Positions 34,801 through 44,164 of a stretch of 64,000 nucleotides of DNA are shown piece by piece. The notes under the pieces are model-generated. The model was not told the DNA's origin, searched no databases, and saw only the letters and a list, made by a program, of their open reading frames with translations. Position 1 is the stretch's first letter. The number at the start of each line of letters is the position of its first letter. The translations under genes and the position numbers were made by a program. The stretch comes from Patescibacteria group bacterium (GTDB taxonomy: Bacteria; Patescibacteriota; Gracilibacteria; UBA1369; PNNO01), in NCBI GenBank assembly GCA_042568205.1, contig JBHPJE010000004.1:1280-65279 (forward strand). Reading direction: 5' to 3'.

Positions 34801-36215
34801 TCCGGTGCATCTCCGTAATCATCTGCAGAAATAGTAGCAACAGTCGGATCATCATTTCCTGTGTCTCCATCATTACAATTATTCCCTGATCCATCTGAAC
34901 ATTCTAAACCGTCGTCGTAAGAAGGGTCATCACTATATTGATTATTTGGAAGTTCGTTTGTTACACCATAACCTTGGTTATAATAAGTTCCACCACCTGG
35001 ATAAGTAACTTTATATTTTATTGTTGCAGAATCGTAAAGCGGAGTTGAAGAACCTGCAGGATAAAGCCAATCCAAATAAAAATTAACTGAGCCTGCAGAA
35101 TAATCTGCCTCACACCCTAAATAAGTACATCCTCCTGAATCCGGAGAATCTGCACTATTTGTCATATTATAAGTATTTCCATCAATTATAACTTGAATTC
35201 CTGATCCGCCAGCATATGCATTTGTTTCAAATGTACCACCTGCAGTTAAAGGATCAGTATAAACTAAACCACTTAAAGTATTTGATAAATTGTTAATATC
35301 CACTCTATATTCAACTGTATTCCCTACAATTCCATTTACTGTTTTCTCAATTTCATAAGCTGAATCTCCTAAAATAATAGGATCAGAAGGCAATAATAAA
35401 TCTAAGATATAATCTTTATGATAAGGATTATTGTGATTTGCTGAAGTAGAGATTTTAGAAACTTCAAGTGTAGAACCTTCACATAATTGTTGAACACTAC
35501 TATCATCATCAAATTCAGATAAAGGAAGTTGGAAATCTAAAAAAGATTCATCATAATCCCCTACTGTTCCATTATCCGGAGTCAAAAAAGCTCTAACTAA
35601 TCCACTATCTAAAGGATTAACATTATTTGATACAACTGGTTCTCCAGTTGGATCTGCATCACCACTTGTTTCCCAAATAATATCTAAATGTTCATCTACT
35701 TTTTTTCCATTTCCATTTAATCTGATATAAAAATCAGGAGCGTTATCTCCATCTATATCAAATAAATACCACCAATAATCATTTGTTAAACCATTAGTAG
35801 CATTTGATTGAAGAGGATCACCTACTAAACGAGTTCTAAAATATAAATAATCATCAGAAATATTGCTACAACCACTTGAATCACCAAGGGCATCTTCATA
35901 ATAAAGAGCAGCAGAATATGTATTTTGGTCTGTAGCTCCAGGCTGTCCATCATTACCAGGATTGTAATGAGGAGCAGGTCCCTGACAATCAGCTTGAGAA
36001 CCAATGTCATTAGCTCCAGAAATATTTGCATTTCGTGTTGCATCTAGACAACTTCCTCTTTCCTCTGCATCGACCAGAACCATTCCGTTATGCGTAAGTA
36101 GGTTCCAAGCGCCTTCAGCAGGCCAAGAAGATGGTGCTAGCAAAGCTACACCAAACAATGAGAATGCAACAAGCACGCCCAAGAAAATGAGTCCTAAGTG
36201 TATGTGTTTTTTCAT
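31875..36215 (-). CDS. giant secreted surface protein (1446 aa): SdrD-B-like and thrombospondin-type-3-like Asp repeats, poly-Asp tract, SLH-like C-terminus
   Basis: Signal peptide. [29 protein letters not shown]. Repeated DxDxDGxxDxxD calcium-binding-type motifs. [16 protein letters not shown]. C-terminal ..[17 protein letters not shown] overlap with the permease start. Confidence 0.85.
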   Translation of the reverse strand: [1446 protein letters not shown]

Positions 36216-36379
36216 TTTTATTTTTGTTATTTTTTACTTATATATTATAACAGAAAATGGCTTGTTTTTCAAGTAAAGAGCATGTCCAGGACTACCCACT
36301 GGACCGGGACAGGATTATTCATTGTTTAATTGTATTATTCCTGTTAAAATCACGTGGATTCGAATTTCTAACTAATATA

Positions 36380-38173
36380 ATGGATATATATAATATTGCC
36401 ATTGTCGCGCATGTAGATCATGGAAAAACAACTTTAGTAAATGCACTTTTAAAAGCAAGTGATAGTTTTGATACTCACAAGGGTATAGATGAGCGTGCAA
36501 TGGACAGTAATGACCAAGAAAAAGAGCGTGGAATTACTATTTATGCTAAAAATGCTGCGATTACTCACAATGGTAAAAAAATGAATATCGTTGATACTCC
36601 TGGGCATGCAGATTTTGGTTCAGAAGTTGAGCGAGTTTTAAAAACTGTGGATGCGGTTATTTTGGTTGTTGATGCCTATGAAGGGCCGATGCCACAAACA
36701 AAGTTTGTATTAAAAAAATCGCTTGAGTTAGGTCATAAAGTATTGGTTGTTATTAATAAAATTGATAAGCCAATGGCAAGACCAGATGAAGTCGTAGATT
36801 TAACTTTTGATTTATTTGCTACCTTAGGGGCAACTGAAGAACAATTAAACTTCCCATATATTTATGCTAATGCAAAAAAAGGTACAGCAATAAAAAAGCT
36901 TAAAGATGAACAAAAAGACATCACCCCTTTGATTGATTTTATTTTTGAAAATGTAAAACCAGCGGAAAGCAATACAGAAGTACCTTTTAGAATGCAGCCA
37001 GCAACTCTAAAATATGATAATTTTTTAGGGAGATTAGCTATTGGAAGAGTTTATGAAGGTATGCTTAAAGCTAATCAGCCGGTTACTGTTATTAAATCCG
37101 ACAACGAAAAATACACTGGAAAGGTTTCAAAACTTTTCACATTTGAAGGAATGGATAGAGTTGAAGTTCAGGAAGCCCAAGCTGGAGATATGGTTGCCAT
37201 AGCAGGTTTGCCTGAGATTTATGTAGGTGAAACAATTACTGATGATGCCAATGCAGAGCCTTTGCCTGCGATTAAAGTTGATCCTCCGGCATTAGCGATT
37301 GATTTTATGGTTAATGACTCCCCTTTTGCAGGCCGTGAAGGGAAATATGTAACTGGTCGTCATATTAAAGATAGGTTAGAAAAAGAATTAGAAACAAATG
37401 TTGGATTGAAAATTGAACCAGTTGAAGGAAGTGATTCATACAAGGTTTATGGACGTGGCGAAATGCATATTGCAGTTTTGATAGAGACAATGAGACGTGA
37501 AAGTTTTGAATTGCAGATTTCTCAGCCAGAAGTAATTATGCATGAAGTTGATGGTGAAAAGCACGAACCTATTGAAAATGCAGTAATTAATGTTCCGGAT
37601 GAGATGTCTGGTTCTGTAATTGAGGCTTTGGGTAAAAGAAAAGGGATATTAACTAATATGAAATCAGAAAATGGTAATACTTTGATGGAGTTTGAAGTCC
37701 CTACTCGTGGTCTTTTGGGATTCCGCTCAATCTTCTTACTTTTAACTCGTGGTGAAGGGACTCTTTATCATTCTTTTGATCATTTTGCTCCTTTTGTTGG
37801 AAGCATTGCAAAACGTACAGTAGGATCTCTAATCTCTGGCAACAAGGGTTCGACAATGGCTTATTCCCTTTGGAAACTGCAAGAAAGAGGCCCTCTGTTT
37901 ATTGGGCCAAGTACTGAGGTTTACGAAGGAATGATTATTGGAGAGCATAACCAGGGAACTGACTTGGTTGTAAATCCTATTAAAAATAAACAGCTTACAA
38001 ATGTTCGATCTTCTGGTGCTGATGAAGCACTAAATTTAACGCCAATCATACCAATGACTCTTGAAAGCGCGATTGAATACATCAAAGAAGACGAATATGC
38101 AGAAATCACTCCAACAAGGGTGCGTCTTCGCAAAAAAATTCTAAATGGGATGGAGAGGAAGAGGAGTAGGTAA
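36380..38173 (+). CDS. typA: translational GTPase TypA/BipA
   Basis: [24 protein letters not shown] (G1), DTPGHADF (G3), NKID (G4). Length and C-terminal domain fit BipA. The track start at 36257 adds a non-homologous extension. Confidence 0.9.
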   Translation: MDIYNIAIVAHVDHGKTTLVNALLKASDSFDTHKGIDERAMDSNDQEKERGITIYAKNAAITHNGKKMNIVDTPGHADFGSEVERVLKTVDAVILVVDAYEGPMPQTKFVLKKSLELGHKVLVVINKIDKPMARPDEVVDLTFDLFATLGATEEQLNFPYIYANAKKGTAIKKLKDEQKDITPLIDFIFENVKPAESNTEVPFRMQPATLKYDNFLGRLAIGRVYEGMLKANQPVTVIKSDNEKYTGKVSKLFTFEGMDRVEVQEAQAGDMVAIAGLPEIYVGETITDDANAEPLPAIKVDPPALAIDFMVNDSPFAGREGKYVTGRHIKDRLEKELETNVGLKIEPVEGSDSYKVYGRGEMHIAVLIETMRRESFELQISQPEVIMHEVDGEKHEPIENAVINVPDEMSGSVIEALGKRKGILTNMKSENGNTLMEFEVPTRGLLGFRSIFLLLTRGEGTLYHSFDHFAPFVGSIAKRTVGSLISGNKGSTMAYSLWKLQERGPLFIGPSTEVYEGMIIGEHNQGTDLVVNPIKNKQLTNVRSSGADEALNLTPIIPMTLESAIEYIKEDEYAEITPTRVRLRKKILNGMERKRSR

Positions 38174-38303
38174 AAAAGAGTCATAGGGTTTTAATGACTC
38201 TGTACTTGACTATCCGATTTGCTATGCTCATCGCATATTCAAGGGCTGCCAAGATCTTCGGCTTCGCTGCGTCGCGTTGCTCCTTACTCAGCTCGAATTC
38301 AAT

Positions 38304-38378
38304 TGGCTGGGGCGGAGGGATTCGAACCCCCGAATGCATGGACCAAAACCATGTGCCTTACCACTTGGCCACGCCCCA
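38304..38378 (-). tRNA. trnQ: tRNA-Gln (anticodon TTG)
   Basis: Reverse complement folds as acceptor TGGGGCG/CGCCCCA, anticodon stem CATGG/CCATG with loop TTTTGGT, T arm GGGGG-TTCGAAT-CCCTC, discriminator G, CCA. Confidence 0.9.
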
Positions 38379-38494
38379 GTGTTTGATTTGCAAAAATAAC
38401 TTTAAGTAAATTGCCTCACAAAGTCAATGTTTCTCTTGAATTCATTTGCCAATTAGCGTAAATTGTTTAGAGGTAAATTTATTAACCATAAATT

Positions 38495-40837
38495 ATGAAA
38501 ACACTCAAGAAAAACCTCGCTCTTTTTGCAGGCGGTGCGCTTTTAGCTGCGCTCGTTATTGCAAATAGTGTTGGAGTTTTTGCAGCTGAGGCCCCGGTAC
38601 AGCCGGACCCAACAGAATGTACTGACTGTCAGTTAATTCAGGATGATCTCGATGCAGCTTATGCTGATTACGATGCTCTTGTTGCAGATGCAGGAGAATA
38701 CAGTACTCAAATGGAAGGACTTCTGGATCAAGCAACTACAAATGTATATGCAGGAGATGCTGGCTTAATGGTAGATAATCTTGAAAGTGAATTTTTATCT
38801 GGACATTTATTAAGAGGTACAAGTTGTACTACCCCTGCTGACACATTTGCATACTTTTCTTCATTTAGTTATGAAGGGGTTGAATATTGTTTTGAAAATG
38901 AAGATATGTGGTATGGAGTTGAACCAAGCTATTTCAACTTTTATGATCACATGATGTATTTGAGTGAAACATGGGATCCAGGCGCATTACCTCAATGGCA
39001 AGCACTTTGGGATGATTGGATTGAAGTCCTTTACGATCATGATGGAGGCGGAGAGCCAGGATTAACAGAAATAATTGATTTAATTAATTCATTAATCGGA
39101 GATATTGGTGATTGTGAAGACACTAATTGTCCTGAAGTAATTTGTCCTGATTGTGAATCTGTTGCTGCAGAGTTAGATGTAGCTCTTGATGATTTAGCTC
39201 TTTTAGAAGTAGATGCTGATATTTTAGATGCAGAATTAGCTGCACTAGAAGCTGAAATTGATACTGTTCTTGATCAACTTCTTGAATGGGAAACTCTTAA
39301 AGCAGATTTTGAAGCTATGGTAGAAGATGCAGGAGGACAACATGGTGCTGATTGTGATGATTTTGAACCAGCTTCAGGCCAAGCTTGGGGAATTGCACAT
39401 AACTTCGGAGATACTCAATGGTGTTTTACTAATGAAGGTCAAATCGAAGATATGATTCAAAATCTTGATGAATACTGGCAAACTCATAGCAGTACTCACT
39501 TACCAAGTGAAACTGCATTAAACGAGCAATTAGATACTTTAATGAATGACTATTTTACTGCATTAGATGATTATCTTGCAGTACTTGATGACATTGAAGC
39601 TCAACATGACCTTATTGATATTCTAAGTGTTGAACTTGAAGATTGTCTTGCTGAATTACAAGCACTTCAAGATATTGGTGAATGTTTAGATCAAGATATC
39701 GCAGCTATGCAGGCAATTTTAGATGAAGCAAATGGTGTTGTACCATTTGCACCAGAACCTGCTCCAGCAGATACGCCTGAAGATACACCAGAGGACACTC
39801 CTGAAGATGAAGGTCCTGGAGATATTGGAGGTCATTGGGCAGAAGATTTTTTAAAGGGATTATTCGATAATTTAGTTATGACTGGTGACGGAGATACTGG
39901 AGATATGAGACCAAATGATCCTTTAAATAGAGCTGAAGCTGCAAAACTTCTTGTACTTGCACATGAAGATGTTGTGATAGATTCATTTTTTGATGTTTTC
40001 TTTGATGTAACTGAAGATGACTGGTTTTGGTCATTTGTAAATACTGCTGCAGATCTTTTATATTTTGAAGGATATGAAGATGGAAGTTTTGGTCCTTCAA
40101 ATTCTATTTTAAGAGCTGAAGCAATTGCTATTGTTTTAAGAGCTCTTGGATTTGATGTCCCTGAATATGACACTTATTCGTTTACTGACTTAACTGGAGA
40201 TGAATGGTTTGCTGATCCAGCTGAAAAAGCTTTCCAATGCGGATTAGTTCAAGGTCGTGATGGTGATTTTGCTGGTGGTGAAACTATTACAAGAGCAGAA
40301 ATTGCTAAGATTTTATGGTTAGCATTCTTTGAAGATTTAGATGAAACAGATTGTGCTGACTTTGAATGTCCTGATTGCGATGCAGTATGGGCTGAAGTAG
40401 AAACACTTAGTGCCGAATTAGATGCACTTGGTTTAGAAGTTGAAGCTATATTTGATCAAATGTTAGAACTTGAAGACTTAAGACAAGCATTTAGAGATAT
40501 GGTTGAAGCTGCAGGTGGTATGACTGATGCTGATTGTGATGGATTCGAAGTTGGTTCAGGCCAGGCTTGGGGTGTTGCACATGCATTTGGAGATGTTCAA
40601 TATTGTTTAACTGCTGAATCTCAAATTCCAGCACTTACTGATCAATTAAATGAATATTGGCAAAACAATAGCTCATCTCATTTACCTTCAGAAACTGAAT
40701 TAAATGAAGCAATGGATGGAGCTACACAAGCATATAGTGATAAATTAGATGAATATTTAGATAAACTTACTGAATACGACGAATGCCTTGAAGAACTTGA
40801 AGATTTACAAGCTCAAGGTTTGTGTTTAGATGAGTAA
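38495..40837 (+). CDS. highly acidic secreted protein with three central SLH-like domains and a duplicated Cys-containing module (780 aa)
   Basis: Signal peptide. SLH-like ..NRAEAAKLLVLA, ..ILRAEAIAIVLRALG, ..ITRAEIAKILWLAF. The module CPDC..ADCD.FE..SGQAWG.AH.FGD.Q.C.T....I......L.EYWQ..SS.HLPSET.LNE occurs twice. Confidence 0.85.
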   Translation: MKTLKKNLALFAGGALLAALVIANSVGVFAAEAPVQPDPTECTDCQLIQDDLDAAYADYDALVADAGEYSTQMEGLLDQATTNVYAGDAGLMVDNLESEFLSGHLLRGTSCTTPADTFAYFSSFSYEGVEYCFENEDMWYGVEPSYFNFYDHMMYLSETWDPGALPQWQALWDDWIEVLYDHDGGGEPGLTEIIDLINSLIGDIGDCEDTNCPEVICPDCESVAAELDVALDDLALLEVDADILDAELAALEAEIDTVLDQLLEWETLKADFEAMVEDAGGQHGADCDDFEPASGQAWGIAHNFGDTQWCFTNEGQIEDMIQNLDEYWQTHSSTHLPSETALNEQLDTLMNDYFTALDDYLAVLDDIEAQHDLIDILSVELEDCLAELQALQDIGECLDQDIAAMQAILDEANGVVPFAPEPAPADTPEDTPEDTPEDEGPGDIGGHWAEDFLKGLFDNLVMTGDGDTGDMRPNDPLNRAEAAKLLVLAHEDVVIDSFFDVFFDVTEDDWFWSFVNTAADLLYFEGYEDGSFGPSNSILRAEAIAIVLRALGFDVPEYDTYSFTDLTGDEWFADPAEKAFQCGLVQGRDGDFAGGETITRAEIAKILWLAFFEDLDETDCADFECPDCDAVWAEVETLSAELDALGLEVEAIFDQMLELEDLRQAFRDMVEAAGGMTDADCDGFEVGSGQAWGVAHAFGDVQYCLTAESQIPALTDQLNEYWQNNSSSHLPSETELNEAMDGATQAYSDKLDEYLDKLTEYDECLEELEDLQAQGLCLDE

Positions 40838-40856
40838 TTTAGTCAACATGTAATTA

Positions 40857-40890
40857 AGGCCGCCTCTTGCATATGGGGCGGCTTTTTTTT
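40857..40890 (+). terminator. rho-independent terminator
   Basis: GCCGCCTC / GGGGCGGC stem (one G-T pair) followed by T8. Confidence 0.75.
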
Positions 40891-40904
40891 AGGATGAATA
40901 AGCT

Positions 40905-42482
40905 ATGAGTAATATAAATTATGACATTGTAATTATCGGAGGTGGCACTGCTGGCCTTAAAGCAGCTCTTGAAGCAATTAAATCTGAAGATTTATCTGTT
41001 TGTGTTATTTCAAAGGTTCATCCTTTAAGGAGCCAATCATGTATGGCTCAGGGTGGTATGAATGCTGCAACTCAAGGTTCTATTGATGCACATATAAGTG
41101 ACACAATTAAAGGTGGTGATAATTTAAGTGATAAAAAGGCTGTTGAGTATTTTTGTGAAGAAGCTCCTAAGGCAATTGAAGAATTAGAAGAAATGGGAAT
41201 GATCTATAGTCGAAATGAAGATGGGACTGTTGCTCAAAGAGCTTTTGGAGGTCAAACAGAAGTTCGTACTTGTTATTCACGTGATTACACGGGGCATAAT
41301 TTAATTACTACACTTTTCACAGAGTGCCTAAGATATAACGTTGATTTTTTAAATGAATGGTATGTTCATTCAATAATTGTTGAAGATGGAAATTTGAAAG
41401 GTTTAAATGCTTTTGAAATGAAAAATGGTGAGCTTCATGAAATTCAAGCTAAATCAGTAATTTTAGCTACAGGAGGAGCAGGTCAAATTTACAAGAATAA
41501 TGTAAATGCCAGTATTTCAACAGGAGATGGCATGGCACTCGCCTATCGTGCGGGTTGTGCTTTAAAAGATATTGAATTTGTGCAATTTCATCCAACAACA
41601 CTTCATCATAAAGCGCTTTTAATTTCAGAAGGAACGCGAGGAGAAGGAGCTCATTTGATAAATAAAGATGGGAAACGTTTTATTGATGAATTAGCTCCTA
41701 GAGATATCGTTGCAAGAGCAATTGAAACAGAGATTGAAGAAGGTAGAGGTATTGATGGTGCTGTCCATCTGGATTTAAGACACTTAGGTGAAGATATTGT
41801 ATTAGGAAAATTGGCTCAAATCCATAAACTTGCTTTAGATTTTGCGGGTATTGATTGTTTAAAGGATCCAATTTCTGTAAAACCAGGTGCTCATTATTTT
41901 ATGGGAGGTGTTGCTGCCAATCATAAATGCGAAACTGAAATTAAAGGATTATTTGCATGCGGTGAATGTGCTTGTGTTGGAATCCATGGAGGCAATAGAC
42001 TTGGAGGGAATTCTTTAATGGAAACAGTTGTATTTGGAAAAAAGGCAGGTGAAATGGCATCCAAATATGCTAAAACAATTGAATTCAAGAAAATTAAATC
42101 TTCAAAAAGGATAGAGATATTAGCCGATGTTGAAAATTTAATGAAGGAAGGTTCAGAAAACCAATTTGAGATTAAAAATAAAATGAAAACTGAAATGCTA
42201 TTAAGTGCAGGAATTTTTAGAAATAAAGGATCTCTATCAAATGGATTAAGTTGTATAAAAAATTTATACAAGAAGGCTCAAAACATTAGTATTGGAAACG
42301 ACTCAAAACACTTTAATATGGCTTTATACAATGCATTTGAGCTTAAAAATATGCTGGACATTTCTAAAGCAATTTTAACAACAGGACTTGATCGTAAAGA
42401 AAGCCGAGGTGCTCATTATCGAACTGACTTCCCTGACAAATTAGAACCAAAACATTCCTTAATTTATTATGGCAAAGATTAA
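40905..42482 (+). CDS. fumarate reductase/succinate dehydrogenase-type flavoprotein subunit (short form, non-covalent FAD predicted)
   Basis: FAD fold VIIGGGTAGLKAAL. RSQSCMAQGG, where classical SdhA/FrdA has R-S-H (Gln at nt 41034-41036). HPT, EGTRGEG, GGNRLGGNSL, active-site ESRGAHYR. Confidence 0.85.
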   Translation: MSNINYDIVIIGGGTAGLKAALEAIKSEDLSVCVISKVHPLRSQSCMAQGGMNAATQGSIDAHISDTIKGGDNLSDKKAVEYFCEEAPKAIEELEEMGMIYSRNEDGTVAQRAFGGQTEVRTCYSRDYTGHNLITTLFTECLRYNVDFLNEWYVHSIIVEDGNLKGLNAFEMKNGELHEIQAKSVILATGGAGQIYKNNVNASISTGDGMALAYRAGCALKDIEFVQFHPTTLHHKALLISEGTRGEGAHLINKDGKRFIDELAPRDIVARAIETEIEEGRGIDGAVHLDLRHLGEDIVLGKLAQIHKLALDFAGIDCLKDPISVKPGAHYFMGGVAANHKCETEIKGLFACGECACVGIHGGNRLGGNSLMETVVFGKKAGEMASKYAKTIEFKKIKSSKRIEILADVENLMKEGSENQFEIKNKMKTEMLLSAGIFRNKGSLSNGLSCIKNLYKKAQNISIGNDSKHFNMALYNAFELKNMLDISKAILTTGLDRKESRGAHYRTDFPDKLEPKHSLIYYGKD

Positions 42483-43359
42483 AATTCAAAAATTTGATCC
42501 TGCAAAAGATGAAAAACCATACTTTGAAGAGTATGAGTTTGATTGTGCGCAAAATCAAACAGTTTTAGAACTCTTAAATTGTATAAAAGAAGAAAAAGAT
42601 CCAACTTTGGGATTTAGGCATTCCTGTAAGGCTGGAATTTGCGGTTCTTGTTCAATGCGAATTAATGGACGTGCAAGATTAACATGTAAATTAATGGCTG
42701 CAGATGAAGTTGAAAAATTTGGAGAGATTGTTATACAGCCAATTGGGAATCTTAAAGTTGAAAAAGATTTAATTGTTGATATGGAACCATTTTATAACGA
42801 AATGCGAGCAGTTAAACCTTGGTTTGATAGAGTTACAGGGTCAAAAGTTTTGCCAGAAGATGTTAAAAAAATTGAAAAATCATCTGAGTGTATTTGGTGT
42901 GCTGCATGTTTTTCAGATTGTCCTTCTAGGGACGTTTCAAAAGGTTATTTAGGACCAGCTGCATCAGTTTTAGCCCATAGATATATTGATGATGTTAGAG
43001 ATGATTCAAAAAGAGAAAGATTGTTAAATGTTATTAGAAGGCAACTTTGGGCATGTGCACATTGTGAAAAATCTTCAGAAAACTGCCCGCAAGACATTGA
43101 GCCTCAGGAAGTTATCTCCAAATTAAGAGAAGAATCAATTAAAGAAGATTTAATTTATAATACTGGTGCTCGGCATGCAAAAACTATAAAAAGACATGTT
43201 GAGAAGTATGGTGAAATAGTCGAATCAAGATTACCATTGGGTGCTTTAGGTCCAATTAAAATATTTAAATTGATGCCTGTTTTGATACGAATGTTATTAA
43301 AAGGCATGATCCCTCCCCTATTCATTAAAAAAGTTAAAGGATGGAAGAAAAGAAAATAA
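42469..43359 (+). CDS. Fe-S subunit of fumarate reductase/succinate dehydrogenase type
   Basis: 2Fe-2S motif CKAGICGSC..11 aa..C. Ferredoxin-type CIWCAACFSDCP and CAHCEKSSENCP. 14-nt overlap with the flavoprotein gene. Confidence 0.85.
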   Translation: MAKIKIQKFDPAKDEKPYFEEYEFDCAQNQTVLELLNCIKEEKDPTLGFRHSCKAGICGSCSMRINGRARLTCKLMAADEVEKFGEIVIQPIGNLKVEKDLIVDMEPFYNEMRAVKPWFDRVTGSKVLPEDVKKIEKSSECIWCAACFSDCPSRDVSKGYLGPAASVLAHRYIDDVRDDSKRERLLNVIRRQLWACAHCEKSSENCPQDIEPQEVISKLREESIKEDLIYNTGARHAKTIKRHVEKYGEIVESRLPLGALGPIKIFKLMPVLIRMLLKGMIPPLFIKKVKGWKKRK

Positions 43360-44108
43360 AATATGCTTATTTTCCTGGATGTGCATCCAAGCAAATGGCT
43401 AAAAAATATAATAATTCAACACGTAAAGCATGCGAGGCGCTAGGTATTGAGCTTGTTGATGTCCCTGAATTTAGTTGTTGTGGGGCCGGCGTTGTAAAAG
43501 AAGCAGATCATGAGCTAAATGAATATATGAATGAGCGTAATTTTAAAGTTGCTGATGGATTGGATATTATGACTATTTGTTCTACATGCGTAATTAATCT
43601 ACGCAAAGACTTATTTAGATTAAAAGGTGTTGGTAAATATGAAAATTTTAATGTGAAACATTGGCTTTGGGTGTTAAGTGAGGATTTAGGGATAGACAGG
43701 CTGCGTGCCTCAATTAAAAAACCTCTGACAGGGATTAAAATTGCTACTTACTATGGTTGCCATATAGTTAGACCTTCAAAATTTGTAAAAGATCATCAAA
43801 AAACAGATAATCCAAATAATTTTGAAGAGTTTGTTAAAGCTTTAGGTGCTATTCCGGTTGATCTTCCAACTAAAATGGATTGTTGTGGATTTCATTCAAA
43901 TCTCGTCGACCCTAAAGGTTCACAAAAAATGAGTGAAAAATACTTAAGCGATGCTAATAATCAAAAAGCAGATATAATTATTACGAACTGCCCTTTCTGT
44001 CATATGCAATTTGATATTTTCCAAAAGAAATACAAAATCCCTGTGCTTCATATGAGCGAAGTTCTTTGCATGGCACTTGGGATTCAAAAAACAGCGCCCT
44101 ATTTCTAG
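43341..44108 (+). CDS. CCG-domain (HdrB/SdhE/GlpC-like) cysteine-rich subunit
   Basis: Two CCG-type modules: PGC..FSCCGAG..CSTC and YGC..MDCCGFH..CPFC. Overlaps the Fe-S subunit gene by 19 nt. Confidence 0.8.
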   Translation: MEEKKIKYAYFPGCASKQMAKKYNNSTRKACEALGIELVDVPEFSCCGAGVVKEADHELNEYMNERNFKVADGLDIMTICSTCVINLRKDLFRLKGVGKYENFNVKHWLWVLSEDLGIDRLRASIKKPLTGIKIATYYGCHIVRPSKFVKDHQKTDNPNNFEEFVKALGAIPVDLPTKMDCCGFHSNLVDPKGSQKMSEKYLSDANNQKADIIITNCPFCHMQFDIFQKKYKIPVLHMSEVLCMALGIQKTAPYF

Positions 44109-44127
44109 AGCGCTGCTATATAGGTCA

Positions 44128-44158
44128 CCAATCGACATAGGTCACCAAAGTCGATTGG
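44128..44158. other. 9-bp hairpin between convergent genes (possible terminator without U-tract)
   Basis: CCAATCGAC (44128-44136) / GTCGATTGG (44150-44158). Embedded direct repeat ATAGGTCACCAA occurs twice. Confidence 0.3.
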
Positions 44159-44164
44159 GGTAGG

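Noticed and set aside
38194-38409. Track ORF (71 aa) overlapping tRNA-Gln
   Set aside because: It lies antisense to a well-folding tRNA-Gln and a GC-rich repeat. No coding support.
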